A DNA stretch of 64,000 nt from Azolla caroliniana (taxonomy: Eukaryota > Plantae > Polypodiophyta): the NCBI GenBank assembly GCA_043228905.1, contig JBHGNT010000018.1, positions 17,794,001-17,858,000 of the forward strand, in the 5' to 3' direction. Positions 36,423 through 48,600 of this stretch are shown here, one piece after another. Numbering within the stretch: the stretch's first letter is position 1; every line of letters starts with the position of its first letter. The notes beneath the pieces are model-generated. The model was not told the origin of the DNA, searched no databases, and was given only the letters and a program-made list of their open reading frames with translations. The position numbers and the translations under genes are program-made.

Positions 36423-38087
36423 AGTATTCATGTTTGGTTGGGCACTCGCTAACCATATGTGGGCCTTGGCAGTTGAAACATTTCAATTCTGACCTCCTTA
36501 GACTATGATTGTTGCGATATCCCATCGACGGCCCCCGTTGTTATCCTCTCAAGACATAGACTAGTATTTGGTCGCCTTCGAAGTCGACAAAGTGGGAGAG
36601 CACCTCTTCTTCATACCCATACCCCTGGTATGCTTCATATTCGGGGGTGCCCCCCCCCCCCCAACCTGAGTTTGGTTATCGGTGGTATATTCTAGTTCGG
36701 CGAGGCAAGTGTCGATATGTGATAGTGGGGGTTGTTGGGGAAGTATTGCTGGTAGTTGTGGGCGGCTAAACGGTGGAGGTGAGCGTGGGTGCTCTACCAT
36801 TGGTGTTTGGCTATACCTTCCGTTTGGGGCTTGCCAGCAGTTCTCTTGAGAATGCATCACGAAAGCTTTGCACCACTTATAGTATTGCGGTCGTTGTTGG
36901 TGGAGAAGGGGGCATTCGTGCCCCTTGTGATGGCCATGGCATACTGTACACCTTACATTTTCTCTTTGGGCGTATGCTTGGGGTCTTTCTATACGGGGTG
37001 GTCTTGGTGGCATGGGTAGGGTGGGGTCTGAGGGCTTCTCACGATTGTTCGTAGGCACTTGAGTGGGTATCCATAACCTGCTCATTGAATCCTTGAAAGT
37101 CATCACTACCGTGCAAGCTTCTGCGAACGACCGACACATCCTGCAATCAGGAAATTTTGGAGCGTCGGATCGAACAACCCATTGATGAAGCGGCTCATCA
37201 ATTTGACATCCGACATCTTGTCGTTCGGGCTACAATGATGGTGCAGGCTTTTCATGTGGCGTATGTGGTCCCTGACCGTCTCGTTCGCTTCTTGCTTGAG
37301 GGCAAAAAGTTGGTCAATTGGGTTCCATTTATTCCCTCGACGAGCGAAGTTTATCAACAAATCTTCGATGACGTACTCGAAGTCTGTGACGATGTCCTCA
37401 TTCAAGGTTCTAAACCAAATTCTGACTTGGTCATCGAGTGTGAGCCCAAATACGGCTACTTTGGTGGTCTACATGATCATAGGCGTCACCAAAACCGAGA
37501 AAACAAGGTACTAGTTTAGAAATGGAAGCACTCGTCCCGTTGTCGTTTGTAGGGTTTCTCGAATGGTCCATGGGTGCTCGCTCTTTTTCCATCAATACAA
37601 CGAGGGTTTGGATGGATTGTAACGCTAGTGCGAGTTCGGCGTTTGGGGATGTCAAGGCAATTTGGTCGGGTGTAGGGGTCGTGTCCATACGTGGTGGTGT
37701 CGGGTGTCATTGCGTGTGGGCTTCCTTTGGACTGTCACCCGTTGTGCTTGAATTCGTCGTTGGGTTGCACTCACGGCCTCGGCAATGCGTATGCAACGAT
37801 GCTTCTAGGAGGTGAAGTTTTTGTTGCACTCGTGCGAATCTGTCTTTCCTTTCTACCAAAGCGGCTTCGATATCTCGGGTGATGCTTTCCGGTTGTCCTC
37901 CTTTCACGAGTTGTATCGTCCATATATTGATTTCTTGTTCTATCACCCGTAACTCCTGTGCGGCATCCTGTATGTGTCGCTCTACGATGAGTGGGTCTGT
38001 CATTGGGCTCCCCTGTAGTGGGGGTGTGTTGAGAGGTGCTTTAGTTGTTGGGCTCGATGGGAGGTTCATGTTTGGTAGTGTCCCCAT
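36423..38087 (-). pseudogene. E2 gag 5' part, degenerate
   Basis: Capsid-like LKQEANETVRDH..MKSL...FINGL segment; Zn knuckles CTVCHGHHKGHEC and CFNCQGPHMVSEC. Continues at 2392. Confidence 0.8.
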
Positions 38088-38229
38088 AGTTAACCACCCT
38101 CTGTGGTATCAAGTCGGGTTAGATGGGTCAACACCATGTGTTTGGTTGGTTTGGGTGGACTCCTCTTGGCTTGTGGGTTGGGTTTTGAACATCTCTGTCC
38201 ATGAGGATCCGGCCATGTTCTCTTGTCAA

Positions 38230-38650
38230 GCTTTGTGGGTTCGTCGAAAGATGATCCTTCGTCGAACTTTGTGGGTTTGGTAGACCCTAATCTTTCATCA
38301 AACTTTGTGGGTTTGGCAAACTTTGACCTTTCGTCGAAAGATGTGGGTTCATCGAACTTTGATCTTTCATCGAAGGATGTGGGTTCGTCGAAAGATGTGG
38401 GTTCGTCGAACTTTGATGTTTCGTCAAAGGATGTGGGTTCATCGAAAGATGTGGGTTTGGCAAACTTTGATCTTTCGTGGAAGGATGTGGGTTCGTCGAA
38501 TGATGCAGGTTTGGCGAACTTTGATCTTTCGTCGAAGGATGTGGGTTCGTCGAAAGATGTGGGTTCGTCGAACTTTGATCTTTCGTCGAAGGATGTGGGT
38601 TCATTGAAAGATGCAGGTTTGGCAAACTTTGATCTTTTGTCGAAGGATGC
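38230..38650. repeat. 18-bp-unit tandem array in the E2 5' leader
   Basis: Interleaved units cgaaagatgtgggttcgt and cgaactttgatctttcgt. Confidence 0.9.
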
Positions 38651-38990
38651 TTCCCTTATTGAACTCTGACCTTTCGACGAACTTTGAGTGGGAAATTTGA
38701 ATTTGTTGGTGCCAACGGCCGTTTCGTGTCCCGTAGGATTGTCGTACTCAACGAGAATCACGGTGATTATTCTTGCCCTGCAACAGCTAAATCTCAACAA
38801 TGCTTAGCGTTAACCGGGCGATTAAGGAAGGGTAAATTAAAACAAAAAACAGAAAATTAACTTAATTAAAATGTGAAATGGCGAGCATAAAAAAATAGAA
38901 AATAGTGGTTTCCTTTCGATTTCTTCCTTCGTTAAGTGGGTTTCCTACGAGTGTTTAACCACTCGAAATCGGCTTCAAGAGTCGGTCTTA

Positions 38991-39008
38991 TCCCCGGTAG
39001 CGGCGCCA
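38991..39008 (-). promoter_or_regulatory. E2 PBS, Athila-type (tRNA-Asp)
   Basis: Minus strand TGGCGCCGCTACCGGGGA, compared with the canonical TGGCGCCGTTGCCGGGGA; 6 nt from the LTR. Confidence 0.85.
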
Positions 39009-39014
39009 AATAGA

Positions 39015-39474
39015 TGTGTAAGATCTATGTATCGATGGAGTTAACTCCTCCATGTCGTTTGCGGAGTTCGGACCAGCGTATACCCTTTTGATGGCGAATC
39101 GGGCGAAGATGGTTGTTGGACACCTCCGAGCTTCACACTCACTTAACGATTAATAGATGATTAAGCACGATATCTCTCTCAAGCTCACTCTCATAGACAA
39201 TAGGGCAATGAATATAGACAATAAGAGTAATGAATATGTTATTAACCCTCTTTGCTAAGAGGTCTAGCACCAACAAGGAAGAGAGATTAGTGTTCTCTAA
39301 CTAAACACTTCACTTATCTCTCTTAAGCTTAAAGGTTACAAGAAGGAGGAGAGGAAGCTCTAGCTCTTAATCAATAGGGAGATCTTTACAAATGGAAGAA
39401 CCCTTACAAAGCTACCACCATGTGGTTTATAGAGCATTTACATTCCAGTCGTGGTGCGCTCCAAGCGCTTAACA
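39015..39474 (-). repeat. E2 5' LTR (460 bp)
   Basis: Minus strand TGTTAAG...TTACACA, preceded on the minus strand by TSD AGCTC (39475-39479). Confidence 0.85.
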
Positions 39475-40027
39475 GAGCTGATGTAAAGGCTTTCTTAAGA
39501 TGCATAAAAGCCATGTCCGCTTCATTGGACCAAAGAAATGATTGTCCCTTCTTGGTAAGTTGTGTGAGAGGTAAAATAATCTTCGAGTAATCTTGTATAA
39601 CCTTGCGGTAGAAGTTAGCAAAGCCTAGGAAACATTGCACATCTCGTAACGAACATGGAGTTTGCCACTCTAGCACAGTTTGGACTTTAGTTGGATCCAT
39701 GGAGATGCCTTTTGAGGAGATGACGTAGCCTAGAAATTCCATTTGCTTGCAGTCAAAGCTACATTTTTCTAGTTTGGCATAAAGACCATGCTCTTAGAGT
39801 CGTTTTAGTACTAATAGTACATGAGAATCATGCTCTTCCTAGGTCTTCAAATAAATCAATAGATCATTCAGATAGGTGATCAAATAGATATCCAATAGAT
39901 CTCTGAATATATCATTTGTCATGAGTTGGAAGACTACGGGCACATTGGTTAGACCGAACGGCATAACGGTATACTCAAAGTGCCCATATCGGGTGCGAAA
40001 AGCGGTCTTCCATTCGTCTCTCGGTCT
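39475..40027 (-). pseudogene. E1 chromovirus RT fragment (inverted relative to the rest of E1)
   Basis: [43 protein letters not shown] and AFTSA. Confidence 0.9.
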
Positions 40028-40255
40028 TTCATTACTCTTATTGTCTATATTCATTGCCCTATTGTCTATGAGAGTGAGCTTGAGAGAGTGAGTGAGATAT
40101 CGTGCTTAATCATTTATTAATCGTTAAGTGAGTGTGAGGCTCGAAGGTGTCCAACAACCATCTTCACCCGATTTGTCATCAAAAGGGTATACACCGGTCC
40201 GAACTCCGCAAATGACATTGAGGAGTTAACTCCATCAATACATAGATCCTACACA
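40028..40255 (+). repeat. Distal half of the E2 3' LTR
   Basis: Inverted copy of 39015-39235, ending CTACACA and followed by TSD AGCTC (40256-40260). Confidence 0.85.
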
Positions 40256-42571
40256 AGCTCCTATTCTAGCTCATGTGGATGCAAACAAACCATTCATCAT
40301 AGAGGTCGACACATTGGATTTTGCCCTCGGTAGCATCCTTTAACAACAAGGAGATAAAGAAAAGTTACATCTTGTGGCTTTCCACTCACGCAAATTTGAT
40401 GCCGTGGAAATTAACTACGAGATACATGACAAGGAGTTATTAGCCATCGTGGATTCGTTTGTGCAATGGCGGCACTTCTTAGAGGGCTCTCCTCATCAGG
40501 TCGTCGTCTTCAGTGATCACAAAAATCTTGCTTACTTCTAGAACGCTCGTGTACTAAATTGACGGCAAGCTCAGTGGGCCCAATTCCTAACGCGTTTTGA
40601 CTTCAAAATCACATATCGACCGGGGAAGCAGCAAGGAAAAGTAGATGAACTATCGCGACGTTCATATCTTGCACCTTGTCCGGGTGATCCAGCATTTGAT
40701 AATCAAAAGCAGGTAATCTTGGGACCAACACGTTTGCACACAACACGGATTTTTCACACTCCAATGGATTCCCGGATTATCGATGCTATACGTGCCAACT
40801 TGAAGACAGATAGTTTTGCTCAAGCCATTCTAGCGCAAATTGATGCCTCTCGGGCATCTTGTTCCCAATCTCAACAACCAGGTATGGACTACCGACAATT
40901 CGAATATCATGATGGTTTATTATTCTTTAAAAAGCTCGTGTATGTTCCCGACTGCTCCTGTCGCCTTCAAATCGTCCAAAATTGTCACGACACCCATACA
41001 GCTGGACATTTCAGTAGTACTAAGACGTTGGATCTAGTTCGACAATCCTTTTGGTGGTCCCATATGCGACGTTTTGTCGACAACTATGTTCGGACCTCTG
41101 ATGCTTGTTTCCGAGCAAAGATGTCACGACATCATCCATATGGCTTGTTGGAATCCTTACCAATTCCAAATGAGGAAACCGCAACCCTTGTCATGCGTGA
41201 GGTATTTCGGCATCATGGCCTCCCAGATAGTACCATCAATGACAGAGGACCTCAATTCGTCTCCAAATTTTGGAAGCATCTCTTCAAGATGCTCAAGGTC
41301 TCTTGCAACCTCTCCTCTGGCTACCATCCCCAAACCAATGGGCAAGCAGAACAAACAAATCAAACACTAGAACAATATCTTCGGTGTTTTTTGAGTTATC
41401 AACAGGACGATTGGGTTGAAATTCTCCACTTTGTGGAGTTTGCGTATAACAACGTTATTCACTCCTTGACTCGGGTCTCGCCATTTTACGCTTATACCAA
41501 TTCTCATCCTCGCTGGTCTGTGATCGACACTCTGGAGCTACCTACCAATACTTGTGCCAAGGATCATTTGGAGAGGCTACGCAAGATTCAGACGAATCTA
41601 TCTACTCATCTTCGTCATGCTCAAAACACTCAAAACACTTATGCAGATCGTCATCGGCTTCCCTCCTCTTTTGCCATCAAAGATCAAGTACAGCTCTTAC
41701 GTTGTCACATCAAGACATTGACTCAATCGTGCGACAAATTGGATTATCGACGACTCGGCCCTTTCCGTATTACCGGCAAGATTAATGATGTCACACCTTG
41801 ATCTTCCTCCGCACCTTCAGATACATCCGGTCTTCCATAGTTCTCTTCTCGAACCTTATCAGGCCAACACTATTCTTGATCGTTTTACACCACTGCCACC
41901 CTAGCTTGAGTTGGGCATTGGCCCGGAGTATGAAGTTGATGTCGTCCTCGACTCCAAGTTTGTTCGCAACAGACTTTATTATTTGGTTGATTGACTTGGC
42001 TATAATCCGAGCGAACGTACTTGGGAACCCGTCGAGCATGTCGCCAATGCTCAGGATCTTCTTGCTGATTTCCACCGAAAGTATCCGGACAAACCCAGTC
42101 CACAATTAGCGCCGACTCGTGACACTCGTCGTGTTAAAGAGGGGATAGTGTCATGATATGGCAAGACTCGAACCCATAACCTTATATTATATGGTTCGAG
42201 CTCTTGACCATTACATTATCTATTGTCATACATAGGATATTATTTTCATTTAAGTTTTACTATATAAAATTATTGTATATTCCAGATTTCTCTGCAACAT
42301 TCTAGAAGCTTCAGAACTATTCCTGAGAACACTATAAAAAGAGGCACAAGGCATTATTTCGAACCAAATTGGTTCAACGCCAATCTTAAGCCTCATAGCT
42401 ATTTTGTACTTACTCTTCACATAATATATCATCTATTATCATCATCCTCTCTCTCTCTCTCACCTTCGTTATCTCTCTCTCGTGAGTCTTACGCAGTCCG
42501 TCCTCTTAGTACTAATAGTACTTCCCTTCTCTAGTACTAATTCTCTCTCTGTTTTAGTACTATTCCTAACA
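40256..42571 (+). mobile_element. E1 chromodomain Ty3/gypsy element (Tcn1/Tf2-like): RH-INT-chromodomain, PPT, 3' LTR
   Basis: RNase H NYEIHDKELLAIV; integrase DRGPQFVSKFW and YHPQTNGQAE; chromodomain EYEVDVVLDS..YYLV...TWEP; PPT AAAGAGGGGATAG at 42136-42148; LTR 42149-42571 (TGTCATG...CCTAACA). Confidence 0.88.
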
Positions 42572-42573
42572 GT

Positions 42574-42802
42574 TTGAACCAATTTGGTTCGAAATAATGC
42601 CTTGTGCCTCTTTTTATAGTGTTCTCAAGAATAGTCCTGAAGCTTCTAGAATGTTGCAGAGAAATCTAGAATATACAATAATTTTCTATAGTAAATCTTA
42701 AATGAAAATAATATCCTGCATATTACAATAGATAATGTAATGGTCAAGAGCTCAACCCATATAACATAAGGTTATGGGTTTGAGTCTTGCCATATCATGA
42801 TA
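42574..42802 (-). repeat. Inverted partial copy of the E1 LTR
   Basis: Reverse complement of 42149-42377. Confidence 0.9.
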
Positions 42803-42859
42803 GTTTAATGCAATTCAGTTATTTTTAGGGAATTTTCTCTCTAATTGATCAATTTCTTT

Positions 42860-43990
42860 TGTGCATGTTTGGTTTGGATACTTTGCTCTACTTAGTGTTA
42901 TTATAGGAGTAAACGAAACAACTTCTCAAGGAGATTGTTATTATTTTTATGTATCTGAGGAAGGAAGAATATGGCAAGCTGGTGTTGAATCTCCGATTTG
43001 GCAAACGACATTGCAACATCTGGTGTAAGTGGTTGGTAAGTCAGGTAAAAGTTTGATTTTAGATCCTTCTCCTTTTGATAGTATGTTATTTTGCCAACTA
43101 TGGGTATTTCAAAAGAAGTCGTTGTTAGACCGCATTGGGATCCATTAGATTATCTTTGGAAACATCCACATTCTTCGTCTCAAACTAAATTTATTTCAAT
43201 TTTTTCAATATCTTGTGAAGCTATTACAAAAGTTTCTCTTAAGTAAGAAATTGTGTCCACCGGAAGTGCGGTTTGCAAATGGGGCCTCTTTAATAGATGC
43301 ATCTAAATATTTGTAAGTGGTTATGGAGTATGTCGATTCCTAGGAAGATCGTACTTTTTCGCTAGTTATTGATGCATTATGCCTTACTAGTTCAAGCCTG
43401 GTTACGACAAATATATTGTAAGTCGAAGCCCATTTGGTTGTGGTTGTATGACGGAATCAATTAAGCATGTGTTATGGTCTTGACCTAATATTGCACAAGT
43501 ATGGAAGAGAGTTTTAAGGCTCTTGGTATAGATACATTCTAATTGTGTGATCACTTGGGGTGCTCTTTCGTGGGGCATCCTAAAGGGACAATTGTTGTTG
43601 TATGAAAAGGAACTTGGATATAGTGGAAGCCTTTCACATAGTTCCTCCTCATGTACAAATGGTTCAGCCTTTTCTATTTGACAGGTTGCAAATTATGGAT
43701 GATATTATTTGGAAAACAATTTCATCTATTCTAATGTGGGTGATTTGGAAGGCGATTAATTTTTGACAATGTCACTCATGATGCTATTGTTATAATCAAT
43801 GAATGCTAATTGTTGATTATTCATACATTACGTGGTCAATAGGAAAGTTTCACAGGCAATGTTGATGCTATTTTCTGGAAGCAAATGCATTTTAAAATGT
43901 TATGGGATTCAATGCTCATTTTTAGGGAAGGTGTAGATCACATAATATGGATGTGTATTGTTCCCATCATTTTGGGAAACAATGTCTAGT
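42860..43990 (+). mobile_element. Possible highly degenerate LINE (L1 ORF2 C-terminal) remnant
   Basis: Trp-rich fragments including ILMWVIWKA (~43728-43755), typical of the plant L1 ORF2 tail. No long ORF. Confidence 0.35.
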
Positions 43991-45686
43991 AACTTTGTTT
44001 ATGGATTCTATACATAATATTGGTGGTATAGGCTACATTGCATGTTCATTTGCCATTTGGGAGGAGTAGACCACAATAATCTTGGAGATATGGTATACAA
44101 ATATGTGTGGTTATTGTATATACACATCAAATCGGCCATGATAAGAGTACAAGGGAATTGGTTGGTATATTCGTTTATCTAACACAACTTTTGTATTTCT
44201 TATGATTTTATAATACCAAGGTGTATCTATAATACCAAGTTGTATCTTTTTGTTTTAAAAAAAATCTTGTCTTCCCTCATATATCTTTTCATCTTCCATT
44301 AGATCCTTGAGTTTACTTTTTTTTTCTCTTCATATTCTTTGTGATAAACATTTTATTGTGCAAAGGTATGATCTACACAAAGCATTATGTTCCTTTGAGG
44401 TAAGTTCAATGATTCCCAAGAATGATCGTTCTCCTTTTTTCATTAGCCATTTTACATACAAGTGGTCGTTCTTTAGATAGGTACTGGTTATCCAACTATA
44501 TGTACCCCTCGAAAATTGATTCCAAGCATGCCATCACATGTATTAAAGAGCATGACAACATTTGCAAGCAATGAAGATGTTTTTAAATTCTCCTTCATGT
44601 TCCCACAAATAACAATGTTTGTGAATCGTCATTGTTGTGCATCTACATTTTAAACCTTCTTTTATAATGATGATTTGAATGATAGGGGAATTAAATATGA
44701 CATTACCATTGAATACATCAAACATTGACTTTGTTGTCCAAACATTTTGCATCGCACTCACAACACACCTCAAGGTGTTCATTGGCTCCTCTTGCAATGC
44801 ATACACATGATCAATCTTGTTCAAAAAATCATATTGTGATTGCATACTTTGCATATAAGCCCAATTGAAGATGTAGGTTGAAATATATACAAGGGAAGTT
44901 TCCTCCAAGATAAGGGAATTGTTCCTCAAGGGAATGTATTCGTGCTTTAGACAACAGAATTGTCCACGAGTTTTGCTAATTTCTTGGGTATGATTAGTAG
45001 TCCTTCAAAGAAACACTTCGAACTTCCGCCATGAAGGTGTAATTCCATTTATGGTTGTGAAATTATAATATCTAGTTACTAAATCTATGGAATGGGAAAC
45101 ATACTCGACATGGGAATCTATGTGGGAGGGTTACCCATGGATATTAATGGTAAATTCAAATGACAAATCCACAAGGGTTTAAATTATCATTGTAGTGCGA
45201 CATTCGATGATTGTTAAGTTTGTTAGTGGTCACCACAATTCAATGTAGGGTGGTGACCTAATAAGTATACAAGAACACATTATCACATGGCTTATATGTC
45301 ACGGCAGTTTGTGTATAGACTATAGAGATTAAGGTTCGATTATGTCATAAAGTATACACAAATGGGGAGCTTAAGGTTGAATATTTTATAAGTGAGCACA
45401 TATCATGATGGTAGATATACACAAGCAAAATGTTTCTTGATTATGAAATGGTTTATAAATACAAGAACATGACACCAAACAATCCATGTCAGGCCTTCTC
45501 CAAGGGGGAGAGAGAGAGAGAGAGAAAACAAAAAACATATTGAGCACACACATGTTGCTAGACACTTTCTATGTGTATGCTACGAGACAAATCATGCATT
45601 CAACCCTAACATTTCATACAACCATCTATGAGGTTTGGTCTAAAGTCTACCGATGAATAAAAATACAACTCATAACCAAGCTGGGA

Positions 45687-48600
45687 TCAAGACATGGAGT
45701 GTCTTCTAGCCCTACGAGACGTACGAACATCAGCGTTCGATGACACTTTGAGGCCACTCTCAACATTGGAAGTATTTCGGCCAAAAGGGTTAAGCTTGCC
45801 CAACTTTCTACTCATCGACTCAAAGAATCTACTCTTTCCTCTAGTACCATTGCTAGCATTATTAGGGGTACCATTATAGCCCACTATTGCCCTTTTATCC
45901 ATTTTCCCTTCTTCTATAAATTCATCATCCTCATTCGTAGATTCTTCACCCCCCCTCTCAGACCCTACCTCCTCTGCTCTGATTTTATTATTAATTTGAA
46001 GCCTTGTCTTCATTCTATTTACCTCCATCTTTAGCTCCATGTTCTCTCTCTGCATTGCTGCCATGTATTCGCGATCTTTCGGCGATATAAGTGGCGTTGT
46101 ATTCTCATTAGTGGTAATTCTATTGTTGCTATGAGGTGATTGATCTGTTGATGTCACATTTGCATAGTTTTTTCTTAGCCTCATTTGTTCAAAGTAAAGT
46201 ACTTGCACTGTCACTTGCACAGGTAGTCTCTCATTTTGAGCAGCATGCCGACATGCTTCTTGTGAAAGCTTTTGGCAATCCATCAAGCTACATATCTTCT
46301 TTCGATCAAGCTCATCGAGCCCAGGATGAGCCTATGAGAATTAACTTTAATGCATTAGTCATGAGAAGAAATTGTGAAGTGCTCATGTATACAAATAAAA
46401 TACATGCACGTGCATGCACACACATACATATTACACATCCAATCTCCTTTCATGTGTGTGGGGTGGAAAAACATTTGTCATCTCCACACACACACACACA
46501 CACACACATCTACATACATGATCATCTCTGTTTTTCTTTGTTGTTTTCACAAGCATCTATTCATACTTAGGAAGTTTGTGTCCCTCTCAACCTAGGGGAC
46601 AATAACCTCACTTTGGGTGTTAGTGGATACAACTGAGCACAACAAGCGAGATGCATATGTACATGTTGATCTCTTGGAAATCAAACTCAATTGGCAAGAA
46701 ATTAGTAAACAAATAATTAACAAACAATGGGTACACTTCATAGTCTTTTGATCATAGGGTACACTTGAAGAGATTTTATCAATTAAGAAACAAGAATATG
46801 GTACACTTAAAGTGTCTTAATGAGATGGCATAAAGAAACTCTACAGGGCACATTTTTTGCCAGATCAACTAAATGACATAAAACTAAGTTAGATCTGGAG
46901 GATAATTGCAGCGAATTTAAGAAGCGGAGTGTATTGATGGTGAGTGCCAAAAGCTAATTTGATCTCGATTTTACTATCTTAGTTACCACATGATCACCCA
47001 CACACCATCTCATGAACCTTTACTTTCTTGCCCTCTTGTTTTATTTAAAGCCGAGGGGGACATGCCTAAGTATCCGAGGGACATACACATTAAAGTTTTG
47101 AACAGGACGAGACCTAAGCACCCAATCAGCACACTTAAAAGTCCTTGTTTCCATGTGATGACAAGTAAAGGAAACATTGAAAGGGAAATTCATCTATACC
47201 TTTGGGGGGCTAAGTACTTGGAAGGTCTTTTAATGATTTGATAGGTATTAATTATTACAAGCAAAGTGTTAAACAATGAGAAGTGGTAATTGACAACATT
47301 CATGGGGAACTTGATGAACATCTTGCTAAGGAAAGTGCCTATTAATAATGGAAACAAAAGAAATCAAAACACTTCAAAAAGCGAAAAAGCGAAAATCTTC
47401 TCGTGTTACAGTACCATGTTCACACACAAATGACAAGTGACAAATTCATACAACAAAACAAGCCCATGGGAAACATTCCTAGAGATGGTAAAATGAGAGT
47501 AAGAATGTGCTAATACCTTTAGGTAGATGTCGATGGCACGGTACAAGCCGTCGTCGACCACACGAGCATACTCCGGCATCAATTCGCCGAACGCCGTGAA
47601 TTTCGCAGCGCTAAGGTTCGCGTCGGGCGCAACCTCCGCGAGGAAGTAGTCGAGGAGGCGTGCAACCTTCATGATCTTGCTTTGTGGGGGGCTCGATGAG
47701 CTATAGGGATCCGTCGAGCTCTGGTCAAGGTCGAAAAAACTCTGCATCTCGTCGGGTGGTGCGTTGTCTAGCAGATCACCCTCGGATCTCATCCTATCGT
47801 ACTCCAGGAAGCTTACGACGATCCGGGCGACCGTGTCAAGATCGAACATGGTCGTGTCATCGGTGGTGACACACGAATTGTAAGACGGGATGAGGAGGTC
47901 GTCCACGGTCGCTTGCTCCAGTTGCCATCCGATCCGCTTCTCGAGGTCGATCCGGCACACGATGGAAGCGTCGATGAAGATGGCGGCCCGGAGCATTGCG
48001 AGCAAGAAGCCGACCGAGCACACGTTGGGCTGGCTCGGGAGCATCACCACGAGCTTCTCCACGAGCTCGTGCTCTGCCGACCGCTTCGCGGGGTCGGAAG
48101 GGCGGCGGCCACGCTTGAGCTTCGCCAACGAGCTCGGCTTCTTGAGGAGGCCTCGGAGTGGCTGGGATTGGTTGGCGTAGTGCACGACCGCGGCGGCGAG
48201 GCTGTCGGGGCGGACGGTGCCGTGGGCCTTCATGGTGGAGATGACGCGGTGGAAGAAATTGATCCCGAGGAGGGAGAGGTCTTCGATCCACGATTCGGCC
48301 GGGGTGCCGAGGGACGGCCGGGACGGCCTCCGGGTGGTGGTGGTCGTGCTTCCGGGGGAGGACCCGAAGTGGTGGGCAGTCGGGCTCGACCTAACCGAAT
48401 GCACGGACGCGTAGCTTAGAATGTGGTCGGACACGGCCTTCCCGGCCGCGGCCGCCACGCATTGCTTTACGATCCCGAGCTCCTCGGCCATCGGGAGGAG
48501 GTCCTCGCACGAGCGGAGGACGAGGACGATGTTGTGGAGGTTGTAGTGCGGGGAGCGGACAATGTGGTGAGTGAGGTAGGACTCGGTTTGGGAGATGAGG

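Noticed and set aside
27445-38650. Tandem arrays as CRISPR-like repeat-spacer loci
   Set aside because: Units are contiguous degenerate repeats without unique spacers, in a eukaryotic TE context with no cas genes.
44543-44929. 128-aa ORF as a host gene
   Set aside because: No recognisable motif or splice context; possibly a decayed TE fragment.
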